A stretch of 64,000 bases of DNA, from contig VFHL01000001.1 of the NCBI GenBank assembly GCA_009392005.1, positions 87,966 through 151,965 on the forward strand, given 5' to 3'. The DNA comes from SAR202 cluster bacterium. GTDB lineage: Bacteria; Chloroflexota; Dehalococcoidia; UBA6926; VFHL01. Made by a program: the position numbers and the translations under genes. Below the pieces are notes generated by a model. That model did no database searches. It was not told the DNA's origin and saw nothing but the letters and a program-made list of their open reading frames with translations. Positions 58,175 through 64,000 of this stretch are shown here, in pieces; position 1 is the first letter of the stretch; each line of letters begins with the position of its first letter.

Positions 58175-58516
58175 ATGGGTGCAGAAGAAGTTCGAGCATA
58201 TGAGGAGAGCAGGGCTAAGTGGGAGCAGAATCACAGCCAGTTATTGCGACTGTCTGCGGAAATATCTCAGGTCGCGGAAAGTCTTAAAGATAATCCATTG
58301 CGTTTCATGGTTTCAAATGTTGAAGGAGTTTCGGGTTCGGGTTTACAACTTGCAAGTAACATTGTACTGGATGGGGATCGTTGGCCAACTGCAAAAGAAC
58401 TTTTGGAACTCACTAATGACTTTCGAGAGGTGACGTTTTCTATTCGAAACACTTGGGCTGTTCTTTCAGATGACGAAAAGGGCAAAGTTCAAACAGTAGA
58501 TGGCGCAATATTTTAG
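58175..58516 (+). CDS. hypothetical protein (113 aa, soluble, helical N-terminus)
   Basis: No recognised motifs. Sits immediately upstream of the MoxR gene. Confidence 0.35.
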   Translation: MGAEEVRAYEESRAKWEQNHSQLLRLSAEISQVAESLKDNPLRFMVSNVEGVSGSGLQLASNIVLDGDRWPTAKELLELTNDFREVTFSIRNTWAVLSDDEKGKVQTVDGAIF

Positions 58517-58644
58517 CAATGGCTAATTTACCTACTGGTATCTTTGGTGTTCGGTTAAATTAAGCGGGTGAATTGGGGTAAAGTTCTGCGATATAATTTA
58601 TCTATGAGGGGTCATTCTATTGCGCCAATCAAAGGGGAGGTAGC

Positions 58645-59619
58645 ATGGGTCCCGAAGAAGCGAAGCAACTAGCAGATAACATAATCGACAATGTATCAAC
58701 TGTCATAATAGGCAAGCGTCACGTTGTTCAGCACGCTCTCATATCGGCCGTGTGTGGTGGGCATATTCTGATTGATGATGTTCCTGGTGTTGGCAAGACG
58801 GTTCTTGCTAAAAGCCTTTCAATATCTTTTGGATGTTCATTTAAACGTGTGCAATTTACACCTGATTTGTTGCCGAGTGATGTATTAGGCGTCTCTATTT
58901 ATGACCAGGAGAGTCGTGACTTTACTTTTCGGCCTGGTCCAGTAATGTCCCAAGTATTGCTCGCAGATGAAGTGAATCGCGGGACCCCTAAAACACAGTC
59001 AGCGTTGTTGGAAGCGATGGAAGAAAATCAGATTACAGTAGATGGTGTTACTCATTTTCTTCCCAAGCCCTTTATAGTACTTGCGACGCAGAACCCTCTG
59101 GAACATGAAGGTACTTTTCCACTTCCTGAAGCTCAGCGAGATCGCTTCTTCATGCGTGTGCATTTGGGGTATCCCACGAAAGACGAAGAAAAAGAGATCA
59201 TGGAACAGCAACAAGAGGTGCATCCAATTGAAAGTTTGCAACCATTAACCACGCCTGACCAATTAATTTCTTTGCAGCAGACGGTCCGTGGCATATATGT
59301 TGATGATTTGGTGAAACAATATATTGTGGATATTGTTGACGCTACTCGCAAATTGGATGATGTTTATGTGGGTGTGTCACCGCGGGGTTCATTGGCGTTG
59401 TTTCGAGGTTCACAGGCACGCGCATTGCTGGATGGACGTGATTATGTGTCCCCTGATGATGTAAAAGGATTGGTGCAGCCAGTTTTGCAGCATCGGATTA
59501 TCTTGTCGTCGGCGACACGATTGCAAGATACTACTGCAGAATCTGTTCTTGGTCATGTTCTGGACTCGATTCCGGTACCTGGCACGTCTAGTCGTGGGTG
59601 GTTTCGAGCTGAATCGTGA
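58645..59619 (+). CDS. MoxR-family AAA+ ATPase
   Basis: 'VPGVGKT' Walker A, 'LLADEVNR' Walker B, 'VLATQNPLE...GTFPLPEAQRDRF' MoxR signature. Confidence 0.85.
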   Translation: MGPEEAKQLADNIIDNVSTVIIGKRHVVQHALISAVCGGHILIDDVPGVGKTVLAKSLSISFGCSFKRVQFTPDLLPSDVLGVSIYDQESRDFTFRPGPVMSQVLLADEVNRGTPKTQSALLEAMEENQITVDGVTHFLPKPFIVLATQNPLEHEGTFPLPEAQRDRFFMRVHLGYPTKDEEKEIMEQQQEVHPIESLQPLTTPDQLISLQQTVRGIYVDDLVKQYIVDIVDATRKLDDVYVGVSPRGSLALFRGSQARALLDGRDYVSPDDVKGLVQPVLQHRIILSSATRLQDTTAESVLGHVLDSIPVPGTSSRGWFRAES

Positions 59620-60827
59620 AAACAAAACGTTTTGTGTTTGGTGTCTTGCTCTTCGCGATGTTTTTGACAATTGGTTCAGGATTCTACGCGACCGCACGTC
59701 TTGCGGGCATTTTAATTGCAGTATTAGCCCTGTCATTTTTGTGGGCTCGTGTTAACGTTCGCTGGCTTGATATTCGAATTGAACGTACATTAAACGATGT
59801 TCAGGTAAATGATGATATCGAAGAAAAGGTGATCGTTCGCAACCTCAGCCTTTTACCTCTTCCTTGGTTATTTGTTGATGATCTTGGCAACCTTCCTAGG
59901 CACGGCCTAAGCAGGGTTTTTGGTATCGGTGGGTGGTCTTCATTGTCTTGGAATTCCACCACACGAGTTTCGCAGCGGGGTGTATTCACTCTTGGGCCTG
60001 TAGAAGTTATGACTAGCGACCCTTTGGGGTTATTTCAGGCTACTAGGATCTATGGGGATGCCCAAGAGATTCTCGTATATCCAGAGACTTTATTTTTAGC
60101 GGGATTTCAAATTCCAACCGAAGGACACGTCGGAGATTCTTCAGATCTTCGCTCGACCCGCGGATTAACCTCAAATGTACGGTCAGTTCGCAAATATGAA
60201 ATAGGGGACGGGTTGAACAGTGTTCATTGGAAAAGCACGGCTCGGTACAATCAACTGATGGTTAAAGAATTTGAGATAGAACGCCATGGAGGGGTTTGGA
60301 TTATTCTTGACATGAATCGAAACACTCAGGAAGGTGAGGGAGCAGAAAGTACAGAAGAATATGGAATTAAGGTAGCGGCTTCAGTAGCACATACGTTGTT
60401 GGAGCAGGGACAAGATGTAGGATTAGCATTGACAGGAGATACGCAACATTTTCTACATCCATCCAATTCTTCAAGTCATCGATTAGAGGTGCTTGAGACG
60501 TTGGCTCGTGTAAGGGCTGACGGACAAATGTCGGTGCAAGAAGTTTTTTTTCATATCGAGAGATTCCTTGGTCCATCGTCTGCAGTTGTCGTCATTAGTC
60601 CATCAGGGGAAGATCTACAAATAACCGCATCTAATCTGATTGGCCGTAATATTCCAGGATCTCTCGTTATATTAGATTCGGAGAGCTTTTCTGGTCGCGT
60701 AAGTGGGTCGGATTTTGCAAATAATATATTAGCTGCCGGGATGTTTGCCTACCATATTCGTTGCGGTGATGACCTACAATCGACATTGCGATTGAATACT
60801 AGTTTGATTGCCACTGGAAGAAGATGA
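59616..60827 (+). CDS. DUF58-domain protein (VWA-like, MoxR partner)
   Basis: Overlaps the moxR stop by 4 nt. N-terminal TM helices, 'DYREYQPGD'-like region 'VRKYEIGDGLNSVHWKSTAR'. Confidence 0.7.
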   Translation: MKTKRFVFGVLLFAMFLTIGSGFYATARLAGILIAVLALSFLWARVNVRWLDIRIERTLNDVQVNDDIEEKVIVRNLSLLPLPWLFVDDLGNLPRHGLSRVFGIGGWSSLSWNSTTRVSQRGVFTLGPVEVMTSDPLGLFQATRIYGDAQEILVYPETLFLAGFQIPTEGHVGDSSDLRSTRGLTSNVRSVRKYEIGDGLNSVHWKSTARYNQLMVKEFEIERHGGVWIILDMNRNTQEGEGAESTEEYGIKVAASVAHTLLEQGQDVGLALTGDTQHFLHPSNSSSHRLEVLETLARVRADGQMSVQEVFFHIERFLGPSSAVVVISPSGEDLQITASNLIGRNIPGSLVILDSESFSGRVSGSDFANNILAAGMFAYHIRCGDDLQSTLRLNTSLIATGRR

Positions 60828-60852
60828 GCGTTATGTCTAAGCGAATTGATGC

Positions 60853-63138
60853 GTGGTTGGAATGCAAGAACAAAGACAACGATTAGCGGGTTTCTTTGTA
60901 AGAATCATTGATGATGGTCGTTCGGTGACTATTGTATTGACGATTTTAATGTCGATGACAGTGATTTTTTGTGTTGAACAAGCTGGTTGGATTAGCCCAA
61001 GCCCTTCGTTGATGCTCGTTGGTGCCCTCGGATTGGTATTGGGGTTTCGTTCAGCTCTTAATACAAAATGGCGACTTTTTTCGCATTTTACCGCGGTGCT
61101 TGTGGGTTTTCTGTATATTTTTTTCGTGACTGCTCTTTTGGTTGCAGAAGAGCAGTGGGCAGACCGGCTTAGTACGCTATCTGAGAGATTAATTGAATGG
61201 TTTTCAGTGATCAGTTTGGGTGGAGGAAGTACGGATACGATCCCGCTGATTTTCGGGCTTGCAATCGGAGTTTGGTTCGCAAGCTACATTACTGCATTTT
61301 TGACATTGTATAGGAAGTCAGTGTGGTCTTTACTTCCTATGGGAGTCCTCCTGTTTACCAATTTGACTTACCTTCCGGAAAAGTTTTCCCTTTATTTAGT
61401 ACTGTATTTATTGATCTCAGCACTTCTCCTTTCACATTTTTACTTTCAGAAACAAATTGATGTTTGGGGCCGTACTGGGGTCGCGCTGAAGGAAAATATT
61501 CAGCTTCATTTCTTACATTATGCTTTGTGGTTCTCTATTGGTTCTTTTTTGATTTCACTTATTATTCCTTCGTTGAGTATCGGTCCACCTGTGGTGCAAG
61601 ATACATGGAACAATGTTCGTTCGCCTGTCGGGGCGGTTGAAGATCATTTCAATCGCATCCTTGCGGCTGTTCCTGGGAAAAAAGATCATCCGATGTACCG
61701 TTTTGGTCCGGATGTGTCATTTCGGGGTGAAATCAGTCTTGGTGAGAATGTTGTGTATATCATTGATTCACCGATTGAATCTTATTGGCGTGGACGTACT
61801 TACGATGAGTACAACGGTTGGGGTTGGCAAAATGCGGATCGTGTAGAAAAACGTGTGGCAACACCGGGGCGAGACATTTTTCCAATAGCATCGAAACCTT
61901 CTCAAACCCGGGTTGATATCACGGTAATTCCACAAATCCCGACTAAAACATTAGTGTACGTAGGTGAACCAATTAGTTTGAGTGTTTCTTCCGAAGTGCT
62001 TGCGCAGCCAGCTGTCGCAGGGAATGCCCCTCCCGAGATTTTGAGTTTGCGAAGCCCCGAATTTTTGGGAATGCAGGATCTATATAGTTTCAATGCATTG
62101 GTTTCCATTGCTCGAAAGGGTGATCTTGAAGGGGTTCAAGGGGTTTTCCCTCGTTGGTTGAAGGAGCGCTATGTGCAACTTCCAGACGACTTTCCCGCAC
62201 GGGTACAGAATCTCGCTCGCGAGTTGACCCTACAGGAAAAGACTGTGTACGACAAAGTTCGTGCAGTCGAGTTTTACCTACGCGAAATTCCATATACTCA
62301 AGAGATTCAATCGCCACCTGTTGGATCTGATGGTGTCGAGTATTTTTTGTTTGAGGCGCGAAGAGGCTACAGTGATTATTACGCATCTGCAATGGTGATG
62401 ATGTTACGAAGTGTTGGTATTCCTGCTCGATTTGTGACCGGATACTTGCCGGGTGAATTTGATGCTGAAGAGCGACATTTCATAGTGCGGGAAAACGATG
62501 CCCATTCTTGGGCGGAGGTTTATTTTCCACCATATGGATGGATTGCGTTTGAACCGACTAATATTGTTCCGGTATCGTCTCTGGGCTCCCCGCGTTCGAT
62601 TGAGCAGAGGGATGTTGCTGTGGATCAAAACACATTTTCAACCGAAGGTTTGATGTTAGATATCGATGACGAAACAGCTCTTGGTGATGAAGCTCTAGAT
62701 GAAGAACTTTCTGACGTTCGACAGCCTGATATTGTTTCGGATCAACTGCCAATTTTCGCTTTAATTTTGATCGGATTCCTCCTAATCGGGTATGTGGGGC
62801 GAAGGTACTTGAGGAGTAGATTAGCGACCCAAAATGCGACCCAAAACTATAATTTGTTGATTCTCATCGCACGTTTTGGTCGAGTAGGTCCTGAATTTAA
62901 TGAAACCCTTGGAGAATACAAAGCACGTTTGCAAAGTGTTGCGCCTAAACATTCAATTATGATTGACAGTATTTTGGAGGGGTATGAAGCTGCTTTGTTT
63001 GGACGTTCCCCTATTGGTTCTTCACCAATTTCTATTCAATGGTTTGGTTTGACACGGTCATTTTTGGCTATTCCCATCTCTTCTATTTTGAGGCTAATTA
63101 CAGGGCGATCTTTACGGAGGCATGGTTTTGAATCCTGA
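60853..63138 (+). CDS. transglutaminase-like domain membrane protein (TgpA/DUF3488-type) with non-canonical catalytic residues
   Basis: Multi-TM N-terminus. TGase core 'RGYSDYYASAMVMMLRSVGIPARFVTGY...HSWAEVYFPPYGWIAFEPTN': Ser and Glu occupy the usual Cys and Asp positions. Confidence 0.7.
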   Translation: MVGMQEQRQRLAGFFVRIIDDGRSVTIVLTILMSMTVIFCVEQAGWISPSPSLMLVGALGLVLGFRSALNTKWRLFSHFTAVLVGFLYIFFVTALLVAEEQWADRLSTLSERLIEWFSVISLGGGSTDTIPLIFGLAIGVWFASYITAFLTLYRKSVWSLLPMGVLLFTNLTYLPEKFSLYLVLYLLISALLLSHFYFQKQIDVWGRTGVALKENIQLHFLHYALWFSIGSFLISLIIPSLSIGPPVVQDTWNNVRSPVGAVEDHFNRILAAVPGKKDHPMYRFGPDVSFRGEISLGENVVYIIDSPIESYWRGRTYDEYNGWGWQNADRVEKRVATPGRDIFPIASKPSQTRVDITVIPQIPTKTLVYVGEPISLSVSSEVLAQPAVAGNAPPEILSLRSPEFLGMQDLYSFNALVSIARKGDLEGVQGVFPRWLKERYVQLPDDFPARVQNLARELTLQEKTVYDKVRAVEFYLREIPYTQEIQSPPVGSDGVEYFLFEARRGYSDYYASAMVMMLRSVGIPARFVTGYLPGEFDAEERHFIVRENDAHSWAEVYFPPYGWIAFEPTNIVPVSSLGSPRSIEQRDVAVDQNTFSTEGLMLDIDDETALGDEALDEELSDVRQPDIVSDQLPIFALILIGFLLIGYVGRRYLRSRLATQNATQNYNLLILIARFGRVGPEFNETLGEYKARLQSVAPKHSIMIDSILEGYEAALFGRSPIGSSPISIQWFGLTRSFLAIPISSILRLITGRSLRRHGFES

Positions 63139-63637
63139 AAAAACCATCGTTTTCAAAACGGACTCTGGATGGGTTGGCGTTGTATCTAGCGACGTTGGCG
63201 TCAAATCGCTGTATTTACCTCGAGCATCTCGCTATGAGGTCGAGACTGAGATTCAAACGCGTCATGGGGTATTACATTCTGATGCCAAGGGAAACCAAGA
63301 TTTAAAACACCGGTTGATACAGTATTTTACTGGCGAAGCCGTTGAATTTAATGATCCTGTTGATCTAACTGACAGATCTGAGTTTTTCAGATTAGTGTGG
63401 GGTGCAGTCAAATCTATTCCCCGTGGGGAACTTCGTACATACAAAGAGATTGCCGAATTAATTTGTAAACCGCGTTCGGCAAGAGCTGTGGGACGTGCAT
63501 TAAATGCGAATCCTGTTCCAATTATAGTTCCATGTCACCGTGTTGTTGGTTCAAATGGTTCCTTAACGGGATTCGCTAGTGGGATCGATTTGAAGAAAAA
63601 AATGCTATGTTTTGAGGGACACCGATTTCACCAATAA
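63122..63637 (+). CDS. ogt: methylated-DNA--protein-cysteine methyltransferase
   Basis: 'IIVPCHRVVGSNGSLTGFASG' is the canonical PCHRV active site. Confidence 0.85.
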   Translation: MVLNPEKTIVFKTDSGWVGVVSSDVGVKSLYLPRASRYEVETEIQTRHGVLHSDAKGNQDLKHRLIQYFTGEAVEFNDPVDLTDRSEFFRLVWGAVKSIPRGELRTYKEIAELICKPRSARAVGRALNANPVPIIVPCHRVVGSNGSLTGFASGIDLKKKMLCFEGHRFHQ

Positions 63638-63712
63638 ATCAGTTTCACTAAATGTTTTCTTACTGTTGGTTTTGATTCTGCATTTCTGGATGAGTGGCTT
63701 AGCGCAGGTAAT

Positions 63713-64000
63713 TTACTCTGCGTCTGTACCTTCTTCTTCGGTTGTTTCTTCTCCGCCTTCAGTGGCTTCTTCGTCTTCTAGCGGGGTAGCCGCCTCTTCT
63801 TCTTGAGCTGCAACCTGCGCTGCTACACGGCTATAGGATGTACGCACAATTGCCGTCGAATCATCGAGGCTAATGGTAACGTTTTCCGGCGGTGTTATAT
63901 CGCCTACCAGTATTTGTTGTTCCGGATCAGTTAAGGATGAGATGTCTACTTCAATCAAGTTTGGAATGAACTTTGGCAGACTTTCGATTTCAAGCTCGTG
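63713..64000 (-). CDS. rplY: 50S ribosomal protein L25 (Ctc/general-stress form), C-terminal fragment; gene start lies beyond the window end
   Basis: The reverse strand from the window edge reads '...LEIESLPKFIPNLIEVDISSLTDPEQQILVGDIT...', the L25 beta-barrel C-domain, followed by a highly acidic tail. Confidence 0.6.
   Translation of the reverse strand, partial: HELEIESLPKFIPNLIEVDISSLTDPEQQILVGDITPPENVTISLDDSTAIVRTSYSRVAAQVAAQEEEAATPLEDEEATEGGEETTEEEGTDAE

Noticed and set aside
63612-63806. 64-aa plus-strand ORF with a poly-Ser tail ('SSSVVSSPPSVASSSSSGVAASSS')
   Set aside because: It is the antisense reading of the acidic (Glu-rich, GAA/GAG) C-terminal tail of ribosomal protein L25 on the minus strand, so it is an artefact of codon complementarity.
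1-64000. CRISPR arrays, tRNA/rRNA genes, IS elements, integrases
   Set aside because: Scanned gaps larger than about 100 nt (10731-10906, 11171-11320, 13625-13929, 15998-16181, 27249-27435, 42993-43373, 48139-48355, 54766-54940, 57917-58174). I found no cloverleaf-compatible sequences, no regularly spaced direct repeats, and no transposase or recombinase-like ORFs. These gaps look like AT-rich divergent promoter regions.

Overview
This 64-kb window is a chromosomal segment from a bacterium with roughly 45% GC and no obvious mobile elements, CRISPR arrays, rRNA or tRNA genes. The taxon is uncertain. RNase Y, a PAC2-family protein, a CysO-type sulfur carrier, C-terminally membrane-anchored solute-binding proteins and many crotonase genes together hint at a monoderm lineage such as Chloroflexota, but this is inference only. 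About 60 protein-coding genes are packed into long same-strand runs with short or overlapping junctions. Recognisable housekeeping genes include recA, rny, recJ, rnhB, selA, plsX, fabG, two fabF paralogs, folC, pdxS/pdxT, pxpABC, ogt and a ribosomal L25 (Ctc form) fragment at the right edge. They are interspersed with accessory loci: (i) a surface-glycan cassette (1-5917) with heptose-pathway enzymes (GHMP kinase fragment, GmhA-like isomerase), two tandem Gfo/Idh/MocA oxidoreductase paralogs, GT4 and GT2 glycosyltransferases and an extended SDR enzyme; (ii) a long minus-strand array (6548-13624) holding an apparently 'orphan' molybdopterin-binding hydroxylase subunit, a CysO-like GG-terminated sulfur carrier, a DHH phosphoesterase, a YdjM-like membrane hydrolase and a tightly coupled three-gene envelope module of unknown function; (iii) a peptide-type ABC transporter operon (32311-42992) interrupted by a large Asp-box beta-propeller protein and a coiled-coil lipoprotein, with an unusually long solute-binding protein that has a C-terminal TM anchor; (iv) a MoxR-DUF58-transglutaminase triad in which the transglutaminase catalytic Cys/Asp appear replaced by Ser/Glu. 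Several hypotheticals and a possible unannotated 51-aa membrane ORF are noted. All functional calls rest on motif and architecture recognition by eye; no database searches were run.
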